Origin: Auanema rhodensis
Taxonomy: Eukaryota > Animalia > Nematoda
Direction of reading: 5' to 3'
NCBI GenBank assembly: GCA_964057225.1
Contig: OZ059894.1
Span: 14,198,001 to 14,262,000, forward strand
DNA: 64,000 nt
Shown here: piece after piece, positions 14,901 through 29,362 of the stretch
How positions within the stretch are numbered: the stretch's first letter is position 1
Layout of the letters: every line of letters begins with the position of its first letter
Translations under genes and position numbers: made by a program
Notes under the pieces: generated by a model
Seen by the model: only the letters and a program-made list of their open reading frames with translations
What the model was told of the DNA's origin: nothing
Databases searched by the model: none

Positions 14901-16981
14901 TGAAATTTGTTATTTTTCACGCCTTTTCATACTTTTTGTTTCAAAAGTTTACACAAATGTAATTTAATATTTTAAATTGTTGTAATATACGAACTTTTAT
15001 ATCCAAAAAAATTTTTTAAAACTTCTTCTGTGTTACATATCCTAAGTTACTTTAAATTTGTATAGAATTTGTTCCTTTTTTTCTTTTTTTTTTTGAAAGA
15101 AAAATATGAAGAAAAAATGAAGTAATAATTATTCTTTATTTGTGAACATTTATTTGAATATATGTATTTAACTAAACGAGATTAAAAATTCAACAATAAT
15201 CGCATGAGCTTAGCTTTGCTCAATATTCCTCTATTAAAGCTAGATAAATGCAGAAAAATATCATAAAACGAAACAAGAAAATATAGATGATAACATGAGA
15301 AAATACTTTTTTTATTATTAAATCATATATTTAACTATCTTACAGCATTAGGTTGAATAGAGTTTTATTTTCCTAAATATACTAATTTGAAAGCTAAATA
15401 ATTAGATGATTAATCAGTTTACAATAGAATTATAATAGTTTAAAGATAAATTAAAATTCTGTGAACTTGCATGATTAATCTGAATGATTTTTGAATTAAT
15501 GAGAAACTTCTAAAGTTTCAAAGTTGCTCACTAATTAGATAATTGTTATTTGGTTGTAATATGATTTCTAAGAATTTAATGAAGATACATACATATATAA
15601 GATCAAAATTCTTTTACAATATATGTATGTACATGTATATAAATGTATATCTATCTATCGATTATTAAAACAATAAAAAATTATAAATAAATAAATAATA
15701 TGAATATATTTTTATTATTAATACATTATGTATAAGTTAATATATGTATTTATATAAATATGTACATATATATGTATCTACACATACATACATAGAAGAT
15801 GTATGTAGATCCATATGTCTTGATCTAGATGACTTTCTAATTTTCATAAAAAAAAAGAAGAGAAAAACGAACTTCCAAAATAACAAGCAATCAAATTTTG
15901 TTCTTAAAAAAAGAAAAAAAAAGAAAAAACCCTTCTGACAATAGTATGTTTGGTGTTATTTCTTTAGTAATGTAAATCATCATAATGTGTTGTTGAGATA
16001 CATGATAAGAACTCTTTACATTAATTTTAAACAATTGGAATAAACTAAGAAAACAAATCAATAATTAATTAAATATAAATATTCTTATTTTTATTCTTTA
16101 TATATTTATATAATTAGTAGTTAGATTGATAGATTTTGATAAATGAATACAAGTCTATACATGTATATTTCTATTTTTGAATAAATCAACTGTGAAGTAC
16201 AGCTTTCTTGATCTTATTCTGTGTCTTTTTCTTCCTTTTTCTATTTATCTCTTCTCATATCTTCGAATACCATATGTATTTCAGCTTATTCTTTGCTTTT
16301 CTCTGGTTTTTTTTCAAGTGAGAGTTGTATGAGATGCTTGTCAATCTCGTCTTAACAGTAGACCAAATTTTAATTTTCCTTAAAAAAAACAACAAAAAAA
16401 AGCTTGAAAGCATGAAAAACAAGCAATCAAGTTTTAAAAAAATAAACTCTTCAAAGATTGAAACCAAAAAAAAGACGGTTGACGTGATATATAGAAAATC
16501 TTTATTTCACCAAACGGTTTGTATATTATAATATATAAATAAATAATAAATATTATATAAATGTTTGTAAATAAGACTTAGCACATAAAGAAATTCAATG
16601 AATGAACATACTATAAGAATCGTGGTCACTATGTATACACGATATACAGACGACGTGTTCTTTGTATTCTTTTCATAAGCATAGAAGGAGGGACTAGAGA
16701 GAAGAAGAACAAGAAAAAGAGTTAAAGAGAGTGAGTGAGAGAGAGAGAGAGAGAGAGAGACTGAGAAAGATAGTTTGGATGAGGGGGGGGATATCAATTT
16801 CGAATTTGTTGTATTGACTCAGATTTGAGTTTTGCAAGTAATATATCTATTTAACTATGTATAGAAATAAAAATTATATTTTATAAATTTATGCAAAACT
16901 AATGATATCGTTTTGTTTAATTGCAAGTTTTCAGGAACTTGGACCATTCTGAAAAGAAGTAAAGTTAATTTCACATATAGA

Positions 16982-17377
16982 TTATGATAATTTTACAATA
17001 TTCGCAGTGTTATGCTCAAGATTGGCAGCCTAAAAAGGAAATAAATATATAATAATTATTAAATAATATATATTTAATATAAGATTAAGTTTAACTATAT
17101 ACATATCGTAATTCTTATTTCTTATTCTCACTATAATTGAGCTTTTCAACTTCACATTCATTCAATTCATTTATTTGAAATTTTGAAAAAAATCAATCTG
17201 AACCTGTTTTCTTGCAATTGTTTGTTGATTTTTCAAAAAAATACTCATTGCACGGCCAATGTGCTCTCCAATTTTGGACATGAACGGCTCAAAAGCTCCT
17301 ATAAATACATATCTTAGACAATATTTTTTTCACTTCATTTACATTATATATATATATCTATATATATATTATAGATA

Positions 17378-17413
<36 letters not shown>

Positions 17414-18638
17414 TTTGTTATTAAGAATATAATCATACCATTTAGTTTGTGAAATAAACGGCTCCAATCAGCTTCAGCTCCACTCTTTCTCAAGTTATCT
17501 TGGGCCTGAAATTACAACACATGCTTCATTGAAGCAATTTTTGTTCCGCATAATCTGCAGAACAGAAAGGAACAATAGGTTTTAATGAGACAACTATTTA
17601 GAATGTTAGTAGGTTTATTTAAAAATAATTAGATCGACAAATATGGTTTTTAGTATGAGAGCAAGCACAATTTAGTTGGAAAAAAAGAAGAAGAAGAAGA
17701 AGAAAAGAAATATATTTTGTATATATTTAAAGATTAATTTATATTATTTGATTTTATATACATACGTATATGTTAAATAATTTAATGAAAAAAAAATGGA
17801 AGTATGGATGAGGGGTCTAAGCAATTTACTTTATTTTGGACCTGCTGCCATGAGGTCTTGATCGAATTCCAAAATTGAGCATAATCTGGTCGACGTAAAA
17901 GTATTGAAGGCAAAGATTCAACAGTAGTCTGTGGATCTGTTGGAAATGTTGGAGAAGGAAGTTGTTGAGAAAGAGATTGCATAGCTTTCTAAAGAATCAT
18001 TTATTACATTGGCAATGATTGAAGATAAAAGAAGCAAATAGGAAAAGCTTGAACAAACTCACAAAGTATTGAGCTTGATTGTAAATAGGAGCTTGAACCA
18101 TTTTATTTTGTTTTATAGTATTTTCAATGTCTGCTGTGGCTGAATATAAATAAATATAAACATATAGTTAATTATATAAAAATTAATAAAATATATTCAT
18201 ACATTTCTCCATAGCTTGCAATTTTTGCCATTGTTCATTAACGTTATAAGAATTGATGTTATTATGAAGGACAGGCTCAAAACTAACATATGTATTTGGT
18301 CGAAGAGTTGGAAATTGTGTGGCTTTTGTCTAAAAGAATTTCAACCGTTTTTAATCTTTTTTTTAGTCAGCTTACCTCATCATAATTTGGACTTTGCGTT
18401 GTAAACGTAAATGTTATAGGTTCGTTGGTTATTCGGCCTAAAACACGAAAAAACTTTCAGTTTATGATGTGAAAAAGGAAGAATTACTATCGAATATTGG
18501 TACGATTCCTGTTTGAACATTATACTGTGGAAGTGGAGCACATAAAGCTAACTCAGCCAAATTTAACAAAAGCAGTATATATGTTCTTCTGATATGGATT
18601 TTAAAATAAAAAATTAAAAGATTAATAACATACCTCAT
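16982..18638 (-). CDS. Secreted protein of unknown function (multi-exon)
   Basis: 5-nt first exon ATGAG|gtatg, then MRRTYILLLLNLAELALCAPLPQY (signal peptide); Thr/Pro/Gln-rich middle; helical C-terminus ...YAQFWNSIKTSWQQVQNK/AQDNLRKSGAEADWSRLFHKLN/GAFEPFMSKIGEHIGRAMSIF.../AANLEHNTANIVKLS*. Exon phases checked for the first and last exons. Confidence 0.8.
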
Positions 18639-18930
18639 TGTTATTTAAACGTGATAGGTTATATGTATTCTATATTCTATATAATTAATGAGAAACAACC
18701 TAAAATATATAATTACAATGATGAGTACTGAGCAGATTTATAGGACTTCGGATAGTATGAGACCGGATGTGCTAGAAGTTCACCCAGCTATTGAAGATGG
18801 CTCTTCTGGTATGGCTTCTCAACTAGAAGTCATCTTTGAAAAGGGTTGTGAAAATACGATAAAAAGACAAGAGCTGGATACGGTGAAGAGTAATGTTGTG
18901 AGAAATTAAGAAAACACCAATCGTTGTAAT

Positions 18931-18978
<48 letters not shown>

Positions 18979-21541
18979 AAGAAATAGAGAAAGAAAAAGA
19001 AGAGGTGGGCAGAAGATCAAGAATGAGGGATAGAAAGAGAGAGAGAGAGATAACTGTAGAAAGAAAATAGATTCAAATACAAATTTTTATGGTATTAAAT
19101 AGGGATGTGAGGTGATCAAATGTCAGACAAATCGCTTGAAGAGCTCAAGACTAGACAAAGAAGCACACGTATTATTCATGTTTCAAGCATTGATACTTGA
19201 ACAATTCTCTGACCAATAAAGGGAATAGCCACTATATGTATAAATAAATTGAAATATATAATAAAAAATAAATAAAATAAGTAATTTCTTATATAAACAC
19301 AATGAAATTGTTCAAGGTGTCATCATTACATTTAGATTTAACAAGAAAAACTTGATGACTTGAAATTAATCTAAAAGTCCTTTTCAATATACGATAAACA
19401 AGATGTTTTTCCTTGTTCATGTATGAAATTGTTGAAAAAAAAACGGAAAATGAAATTATTCAGGAATTTCATACTTGAAATGTTGTCAAGTGTTTAAGCT
19501 TAAACTGAATTTTTAAAAAAGAATGCTTACAGGTTTGGAGAAGGTGAATAAAGCAAAAGACAACATAATAATTCGTGTGAGAAGCTGAACACAGAACTTG
19601 ATCACTTTCTTCAATTCTCTGAGCTATTCTTAGAGCAAGGGAGAGCAGACAGTGGCTTGTCGTCCTTAAGCCGCTGTTCGATGCTGTTGTAAAAGCAGGT
19701 GAGAATCTCCAAATAAAGACTAGTACATACGTACAATCGTGTCGAGATATACGGCATACATTGAGAGAAAAATGCTATCTAAGATAGATATCTATATGTT
19801 AAACAAGTGTAGAAGGGATAGAGAAAGAAAGAAAGAAAGTTAGATATGAAGAAGAAGAAGAAGAAGAAGTGTGGCGAATTGTAGTGCAAAGGTGAGAGAT
19901 GAATGCTAAGAAAGTATCATACAACATATAGTAACTTACTTTATACCATATAAACAAATATGGTTATAGATTCATCTCTAATGCGAATAAGTAATTTTCG
20001 AAAGTTGAACAAACAAAATTGAATAAGTTCACATACTTTGAATATACATACATGTATTTCAAAAGAATTTTTATAATATAAAGATATATTATTAAAGATC
20101 AAAGAAGTTTATAAAGATATTGAATTGAATATATAATATAAAATATTCAAAATACGTTTATAAATTGTTGAAAACAACAATTTTAGGCTTCAATTTCAGT
20201 AGTATACTGAACGTAAAGAGAAGTTTATTTGATTTTAGTTTTAGTGACCTTCTGGAAAATATTTTTGTATAAAAGCTGAACTATATTGACATTCAATTGG
20301 ATAAGAGAATAGTCTGAAACAATACAACATGATCGTTAATCCAGTCATGAATAGAGTTGACATACGTACAGTTTCAGACTTCAAAATGACATTTCTTACA
20401 TGAAGAATAGGTGGGTAAAGCCCATTTGTTATGAGAAACAGAAGAGGAAGAAGAATAAGATGGAAGAAGATTAGAAAAGTGAGTAACATGAACTCGTGAT
20501 CAACTCTATTCTTCTTACAATGGACAAACAAATCAGCATTGTATAGGAAGATGTAACACCATTATAACAATAGACAATATAATTTTAGTTTATATTTATT
20601 AAAAATTGATTAAAGAATCAATATTATATATTAATATTATATTAAATATATTATAAAATAATAAAAATATAATTAGTATATGCTTATAACTTCCTTTAAG
20701 TTAGTACACCTTCTCACGTAATCCGATTATTTCAATTTTTTTTGGTTTGTATTCGCTGTTAAGAAGTGTGTTGTTAATCTTTCCTTTTTTCTTAAAAAAA
20801 ACTGAAAAGTCGTTATTAGTGCTTTTAAGATTTCATAAAGTTTTAAAGTTTAAAGTTTTTTTTAGTTTGTATAGCAATGATTTTAAATATTTTCAATTTA
20901 AAGTTCAGAAAGTAAAAGCTTCTATGTATCATCCCAAATTCTTTATATTCATATCATTATCATGAGATTTTTCTTAAATAAGTTATATTCTATCTTTGAC
21001 ATCTAAGATCATATAACATATTCAAATATAAAATTTATAAATAATAAATAATTCACGTGAAAAAACGTGAAAAACAAATTTATGTAAAAATATTATAATC
21101 AATAATTATTCATAATGAATTTCCTTTTATAAAAATTGTAATCATATATATTTTCTTAACTATATTATATAATATAATATAAATATATTTATTTAAATCT
21201 ATAAAGATTATTATAAATAATTTTTTTTGTATCATTGATATTCCTGACAGTAAACTAGTTAAAATTGGAAATGCATATTCAACATATAGTAATATATAGT
21301 ATATAAATAGACTCGAGGTCGATGTTATGTTATAATTGTTCTCGACAACTGTCAATTCTAACTATAAATCCTCACAGTTCATTTCACTTTATTGATTTCA
21401 AGAGTTTGCTTTTAAAACTTTTTTATTTTAATTTTATACAAGAAAAATATATATTTCAGTTTAATATTATAAAACTATTATTACTATTATTATATGTTTA
21501 GATAAGATAATTAATGGATTAATTATATAAATATTATTATA

Positions 21542-22583
21542 ATGATAATCAAATATATTTTTGTATTTCAACTATTTTTTAAATATAATTCATCTATTGA
21601 TCCAGTAGAAGGGATTGTCCGAAATTTTCTGTTGCATGTCAAAAGTGCAGGTGAAAAGGTAATTTCTTATTTGAATTCCTCATTTTAATATAATTAAATA
21701 TAATTATTTATAAATTATATAATATATAATATATATATATATAGGTTCTGGCTAATATAGCTATACCATCATCATCTGATGTAATGTTTCAAATGGATGA
21801 GAAAAATTCATATGCACTAGGATCATTAACAAATGTATATAATAAATAATATTTATAATAATAATAATAATGATTAGCATGGTTTTATAGTTTTTAAATA
21901 CTTGTCCACCTTATATGCCAAATGATTTTATAAATGGTTCTTGGTCAATTACATATTTAAATCGTCGATTACTTCAAACAACATTTGGAGATGTTGATGA
22001 GGCGATTGATGATTTGGCATCAGGCCAAGGAATGAATACACGACGAACATTAAAATCTCTACTTCGAGATAGTATAACGATGTCATGCGGAAATATAACA
22101 GGTAAATTTGATATATTATTTATATATTTGTTTAATTATATACATATATAGTAGCAACAGATACAACTGTATCAAATTTTGAACTTGCATATATAAGTTC
22201 AAAAGGACCAAAATCTATAATTGGAAGTGTATGGAAAGCACCAGATAAGAGTCTTCAATTCTCATTTGCTCCAAATCTTGTATTCAGAGGTTAACTAGCT
22301 TTTCAAATTCAAATGTAAAAAGTTAATTTATAGGAATTATAAGTTATCGATCATATACATCATCAGAAGCAGAAGTTATAGTATTAAGTGATCTTGATAC
22401 TTATCCTAAATGTGATAATTATTTAGTTTTACAACGTTTTAGAAATAATACAGATGAAAAAAGGTAAATTTCTAAAAATAAATAATATTTTGAATAAAAA
22501 TTTCATTTAGACTTCTGGAGATGTTGACATCAACAGGTGCTAATTTTCCATCAAATCCTTTATTATCAATTGATTGTTTATAA
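21542..22583 (+). CDS. Secreted lipocalin/calycin-like protein (6 exons)
   Basis: Signal peptide MIIKYIFVFQLFFKYNSS; CPPYMPNDFINGSWSITY carries the lipocalin G-x-W motif after a Cys; beta-strand-like middle; ...CDNYLVLQR, then a helix and a terminal Cys (SIDCL*). All introns are GT-AG and in phase. The fold assignment is inference. Confidence 0.75.
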
Positions 22584-22647
22584 TATTTGAATTATTTTAA
22601 TCATACATTAAAGAAAATTAATTTATATATTACAATATTACATATAG

Positions 22648-23508
22648 TTAACAACATATAAAGTTATCACAAAAATTATTTGCATTGAGTTGATATGAAG
22701 CAGATCTCTTACGGCTTCTCATTTCCACATATGTAAATTTTAAAACTATGACGACGAAGAAGAAAAATATAAGAATAGTTAAGAAAATATCTGTAAAATA
22801 AAATATAAATTAAGAAAATAATTATAAAAACTAACATGGAAATTGATTTTTAATATTATATGGTATACAAGTTAAATGAACAGAATAACATTCATCCATA
22901 TTATCACATTTCTTATTTCGAGAAAAGTAATTAAAACGACAAGAATAATATGTCATTGAATACTAAAAAATATTATAATTATATTAATTATAAATATATA
23001 TAATAGAAACCTCATATGAATGAATATTACAGTAATAATCAATTTTTGATGATTGTAATTCATAATCATCATTTTGAAGATTCATTTGTGAATCTAAATT
23101 TGGTAGACATTCCATATGACTGACATTACAATGATTCATTTCTTTTCTTAAATGATAATCAACATTTACATGTGGATCCTTAAATATTTTATTTTTATAA
23201 AAGAATAAAGCTGAATTATTAAAAGAAAAAAAATTAATTTTTACCTTTATATAGCAATAGACTTCAATTAAATTGAGAGAATTACCATGCCATGATTCAG
23301 TTGTTGTTTCATAAGAATCATACCAGGTATCATTTTCATCATAAATAATATCTTCTGATGTATTATTTAGATGAGAAGTAGAATAATCATCAAATACATT
23401 TGTTAAATTTGATTGAAGTATTGAGATAACAGAGTTATTACTATTAACATATTCAAATAATAGAATAAGAAGTAACAAACTCTGTAATCTTCTATATTCT
23501 GAAGCCAT
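22648..23508 (-). CDS. Type I single-pass membrane protein with a small Cys-rich ectodomain (4 exons)
   Basis: Signal peptide (LQSLLLLILLFEYVNS); acidic, N-glycosylation-sequon-rich segment; 8-Cys region (YCYIK/DPH...HCNVSHMECLP...YYCN.../YYSCRF...KCDNMDECYSVHLTCIP); TM IFLTILIFFFVVIVL; basic tail RSRKRS...FCDNFICC*. Confidence 0.8.
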
Positions 23509-23952
23509 TCAATCAAGTTTTTCTTTGATTTCAAATGAGAAGAACAGAAAGAATAGATTTCAAAATGATATGATACAGTAAAAACTGAAAATTTGATGTT
23601 TTTCTTGTTTATATTCAGAAGTCATCCAAAAATCATCTGATGAGTCATGTGTAGCAAAACCCATGGATGGCTAGCAGTGAGATTCATGAATAAGTGTGGG
23701 AAGGAAAAGAAAAAAAACAGTCACGGAAAAAAAGCAGATTTCTCTTCCTTCTTCTCAAAGTTTTATGAAAACATTTTCACTGAAAAAGCTAACGAAGTTT
23801 GATGAATTGATGTGTACGCACACACGCTCGTTGTACTTCCAGCCCAACGAATACAGATGAAATAAATATATATTTTTAATATTTTATCAAATATAAATAC
23901 AGATATGAATGAGAATTTCTTCTTGTTTTATTCTCTGATTAGTTTGTTTTTC

Positions 23953-26251
23953 TTATATTTTTGGATGATGACGTACAATTTCACCATCATTCAGCTTTGT
24001 ACGATTTGCTCTAAGAGGTTTTGATGATGATGATGATGTTGTAGTTGCAGAAGCATGAACAACAGATTTAGATTCTGGTCTAAAAGCAGCTATTTTTGAA
24101 ATAGCTAATGTGTTTGCTCTTTTATAAATCTGAAATTAATGTTATAACATTAGATAATCAAAAAATAGAACGATGATACCCCTTGATCATCTTCGACAGG
24201 TACGAGAGTTGTTGTTGATGATTCATCTATGGTAAGATTCTGAGACTGTTCTTGACTTTCTTGACTCTATTTAATATAATTAATATAATATTTATTTATA
24301 AAATATATAAATAAAAAGTTAATTATTACCTCATATTCATCATATTCATCTTCTGAATATTGATGAGTTGAAGGAGTAATAACTGGTTTTTCAGTAATTT
24401 CATTTATGGAATTCTGAAAAAAAAATTTTAAAAGAAAGAAACTTTAGTTATTTAGCTGTTGATTATATCATATAGTTAAGCTTATTCATTAATATTCTCA
24501 AAATCATTCACCTTTTCAGTACCAAGAGCTTTAGCTGTTTTTACTTGATAAGTTGTTTTGATATTCCGACGAATAGCATTAACAGCTTCAACATTGTAAT
24601 CATCTCCTTCTGTTAATTCCTTAAACTATGTGAGTCTTTTCTGAAGAAAATAATCTTAAACTTACAATCTTTCCATCAGTTACAGATGCTTCTTGTGCAT
24701 TATCATCAAAATCATTGAAATCATTATTCTGAAATAAAGATTCTTATGTAATATTACTGTATCAATGCATATAACTTTACCTTAGTCAGTGTTTTTCCAT
24801 TAATTCCTGCAGACTGAGATTCAAAAAATTAAAAATTTTAATTTGAAATATGCTGAAAACTAACCTTAGTAGTTTGATTCTTATCATCATCGTAGTAAAT
24901 ATAGAAATATTCATAATCATCACTTCTACCATCACCTTCTGAGATATCACAGACATTAGATTGAAATCGAAAGATGTTTCTCACCTTTACGTGGAATTGG
25001 AACAATACGCGTTGTTGAATCATGTGGCTTTGCAGTGGTGGATTCAACAATCTCAAGTTCTTCTACTTCATCTACAGTCAAAGGAACTAGAAGATCTATT
25101 CGTTATAAGATATCATTGTTTTTTAATTTAAAAAAATATTCTTTTCGAGTTCATTTATGATTTCTTCTCATCAGAATCGCTTCCTGATTTGTTTTGTAGC
25201 TTTTAGAGTTTTTTCTTGAAGCAGCTAAATGGAAAACCTGTTTTAGGTACAGAGCTGATGGTGGTAGAATGGACGATGATATTGGGAGATAGAGTAGGCA
25301 CAGTTTCGGATGTAGACTCAGGCCCAAATGGTTCAATGGGTCGAATAATTTCAAACTGAAATTACAAAATTATATTGAATAATATTACTTTGATTTTCTT
25401 ATTTATGAAAATAATTATTTGGCTGGTATGAAAAAAGATTCGTTCGTTTACTTACTCCGTCTTCAGTAGTTTTGGTTACTGTAGGTTTTGGATATGGTCC
25501 AGCTGGTGGATGAACTACGGTTGTTCCTGAAACACTGATAGTTTCAAGATCCAAAACAGAGGTGCTTTACGTGAGATGCTATGAGCTGGAGATGGAATGA
25601 TAGTCTCACTTGGAGAAGTAACAATATTTTCTCTGACAGAAGGAACAACACTGATCTGCTTAATAATAGAAGGGCTATGTGGTACATATGGTGCTGGATA
25701 AGTATTATAGATAGCAGGTTGATAAGCAGGAAGTGAATTTTGTGGAATAGCAGGATTGGTTGGTACAAGTACGTAGCCGGGTTGAGGAAGAGGCTGTGGA
25801 GCTGGTTGATAACTGTACGAAGAAATTGGAATCTGATTGGCAACAGGCTGATAAGCCGATTTCACATAAATTGGAGCCTGTTGGCTATCTGAAATATTAG
25901 AATAATGATCTTTATATATGAACGATGTAAATTTTTCTAAAATAAAAATAATGTACATGATGTTGGTGCTGGAGCTATTGGCCCTGAAACTGGAATTGGT
26001 TGAGTATAGAAGATGGTTTGAGGCTGTAAATTGGTAGCATAGCTGTTTGAAGGAGAGCCATAACTACTTGATGAGCAACCGCAAGTTGGAGCAGCTGGAG
26101 TTCTAAATAATCTTATAAATTGTAATTTATACATTTAAATAAATAAGATATAAATTTTATAATTATGAAATTATTAAACATACGGGCAAAAACAAGCTGA
26201 TACTAGTAATGTTGATGATATCAATAATAAGTTTAACTTTAATAAAAGCAT
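23953..26251 (-). CDS. Secreted Pro/Ser/Tyr/Gln-rich low-complexity protein, possibly cuticle/extracellular matrix associated (multi-exon)
   Basis: Signal peptide MLLLKLNLLLISSTLLVSA followed by CFCP/TPAAPTCGC, an N-terminus typical of nematode extracellular proteins; YQP-rich exon 25515-25890; acidic exons (SDDYEYFYIYYDDD); last exon IYKRANTLA...HHPKI*. Confidence 0.82.
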
Positions 26252-27041
26252 TTTTATTGAAATACTAGCTTGAATATCCACAGATAGTGTTTCGAATGCG
26301 GAAATGAGAAGGTATGGTGAACAGGCTTCAACTTATGCCTCTACTGATGGTGATCACGATGAGAGTCGGTGATGAAGCCGATGGTTTTTATTCGGTCTCC
26401 ACCTATCCAGTTAAAATAATTTCGTTGGATCCGCTTTTTGCATAACAAAAAGTGTAAATTCGATCCGGTACACAGTGGCAATTTCGCGCAGAAGTGGCAA
26501 ATCGAATTACATGAATTTTCAGTTTATAACATTAAAGCTTACCTATATGTATAATATATAATAATTAATTAATTAATTAAATTATTTTTTAAGAAATTTA
26601 TATTTCTTATAATCTTAAATATAATAATAATAATAATAATATTTATTTATTATATATTTTTATATAAATACAACCGTTCATCATTGCAATAAGTATTGAA
26701 GAAAGTGTTTTACGTGAACACGTTTACACGTCAAACAACACACTTTTATGCAAATGAGCTAGCTAAAAGTAGTATGAAGAGATTCGTTTGGAATTAATTT
26801 TTGAACATTCAATAGGAGATTGTTATGAAAAAAAAAGAAAATAAATATTTTTTAATTTAACATTATACTTGTATTCATTCATTCATATACATATATAGTA
26901 TATAATATATTTAATAATCAAAAAATTAAATGTTAAAAAAATATTTTTCTTTATTAAAAAATAAAAATAAAAACAAAAAGATTATTTATTCATTTTCAAA
27001 ATATGAATAAGTTCCATCCAATTACAGTATGCTTGTTAATA

Positions 27042-27509
27042 TCATGATGTTAATATCGGTTAAACCGTAAACCGGACATTTCATTTTTCAGAAATTGTCT
27101 CAGCTTAAATTGATTTGATATTAACTCTTCTGAAAATATAATCAATCAACACACATCATAGCTATTAGATTTTGAATGTAAAATTAAAGTTTAACTTAAT
27201 GTTTACAAAGTTTTAAAAATAATTTACCATCATTACTTCCGTCAGTAATTCGTCGATTAGTTTCATGTAAAAGTCGCTCAAAGATTGTTCTTGGGATGAG
27301 ATCCTACAATTGAATAAAATTTTCAGCTTTCAATATTCAATTATGATTTATATAAAAATATTTATTTAACTATGCTATTTATATTAATTTATTATTCAAA
27401 TTTTAAAACAAAATTTATAATAAACCATTATTGATGACTGTCGAACCAAGTCACGTCCTTGAATTGAAGTAAAAATAAGAGCACATAATACAAGAACTAC
27501 AGTCTTCAT
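27042..27509 (-). CDS. Small secreted peptide, ~83 aa (3 exons); possible neuropeptide/hormone precursor
   Basis: MKTVVLVLLCALIFTSIQG (signal) RDLVRQSSIM/DLIPRTIFERLLHETNRRITDGSND/EELISNQFKLRQFLKNEMSGLRFKPILTS*; in-phase GT-AG introns; upstream acceptor tttag. Confidence 0.75.
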
Positions 27510-29331
27510 TTTTTTTAATGAAATTTTTACCTAAATAATTAATAGTGAATAGTGTTTAATTATCAAATAGACTAGAAAAAGAGCAAAAAAAAATTATTAA
27601 GTCGTAGATAATTATGATTTATAGTTCATAATTCGAAAAAAAATGTCAAAGATTAGGGCTTTGCTCACGAAGTAATTAGAACTTTTGATTCTGATCTATT
27701 TTGCTTGAAAAATCGGAAGCTATCGAATTATATGATAAAAATATAAATTAATTTTACTATAAAAATTGCGTCATTTCTAAACAAATATATAGAAGGAAGT
27801 TAATTTGTAATAAGGAATTTCTAATTTTTGTCATATTTGTTAGTCGTTTTTCTGGATATAAATAGATATTGATAGATGACATATACATAATTGCGATAGA
27901 TGTCGCAACTCATGATTTTCCATAGACTTTCAACAAAAATTTTTTTTTTGGCAAATCATTGAACAAACTTCGAATATTTGTTAGCCAATTTCAGGATAAA
28001 AATTGTCTTGAAATAAAAGATTAGAAAAAGTGCGAAATGAAGATGTTCAAGAGAAATGCTATGAATTTTTCTCGCGATAGATTATAAGCCCTCAGGGTAT
28101 ATCCATCTATATTCGCCACTGTAAAGGACAAAGATTTCTTTTGTCGTTGTGATGAAGCTGGCAATGTTATGAGAATTCAGAAGATTTGAAAAACTGATGC
28201 TAGAGGAGATATTGGATTTTGGTACAGATTACTGACGAGATTCAGATGACTAGAAGATAGATTTTAGATGGCACGTGAAGTACGCATGTCTAAACTAAAT
28301 GTAAGATTATAAAACAAAATATATATAAGAATACAAGTAATAAATAATAAAATAAATAAATAAATGAATATATATATACTTAGCTACTGTTTCATCTTAA
28401 ATTGCTTAAGAAATTAGTTATAGATTAGAATTAAGTGATAAATTTTAAAGATTTGGTGACAATGTGTTTGAACCAGATTGTTAAGATGTTCAAAGATAAA
28501 AATAATATGTTCAATAATATTAAGTTTAGATCATATAAATTGTACATTATGATCTTGTAATATTATACGAACGGCAAACATGTCCTTATATATTAAGATT
28601 ATATACGCTATAGTGATAATAAGGAAAAACTTTTCTAAGGAAAGATGAAGCTAAAATGATAAGAATAATGAGTTCGGTGGCAATAATTTCATCTAGAAAA
28701 AACGATTTTGATTCGAGATAACAGCATCAATTATCATTTTGAGACAGCACATGTGCACTTGCCGGCAAAAGTTCATAAGGAAAATTGATATCGAAGACAT
28801 GAAGGCGACAACTGAACAAGTATGAGATAAGTAACGAAATTGTTATGAAAATCAGGGATTTTAAGAACAAAATCAAAGACTTTCAATCAAAATGTTTGTG
28901 ATGTTTAAGATTAAAAATATTAATTTATTGTTTTTTAGGCTAAAAAGAAGATATTTAAAGTTTAAATAGTTTTAAATGGAAGCGAATGTAATTAAGAAAA
29001 ACTGAAATGCAAAATTCACTTTCCATTTTAACTAGCAAGTAGACTATTTGGAAATTTCATGAAATTAAAGCTTTCTTAGTTAAAATATACGAAGAATAAT
29101 ACGATACATAAAGTTGAATCTGGAAAGGAAAATTCCTGAGAAGGTAGAATATCCTATTTCAAGTTGGTGACGAAGAATGGAAGTGTGATGGATTGTAGCC
29201 GCTTTCCTTTTTTGAAATAAGAAGGCATGGACGACCAGAAGACGGAATAAAGATAAAAGAAGATTTTTGATGTCTTTTTATATAAAAAGATATGTATATT
29301 TATATAAAGAGAGAGAGATAGAGAGAGAGAA

Positions 29332-29362
<31 letters not shown>

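Noticed and set aside
20241-20531. 96-aa minus-strand ORF
   Set aside because: Non-ATG start, no splice support and no recognisable motif.
28037-28270. Decayed coding-like patch
   Set aside because: Stop density is close to background and no recognisable homology.
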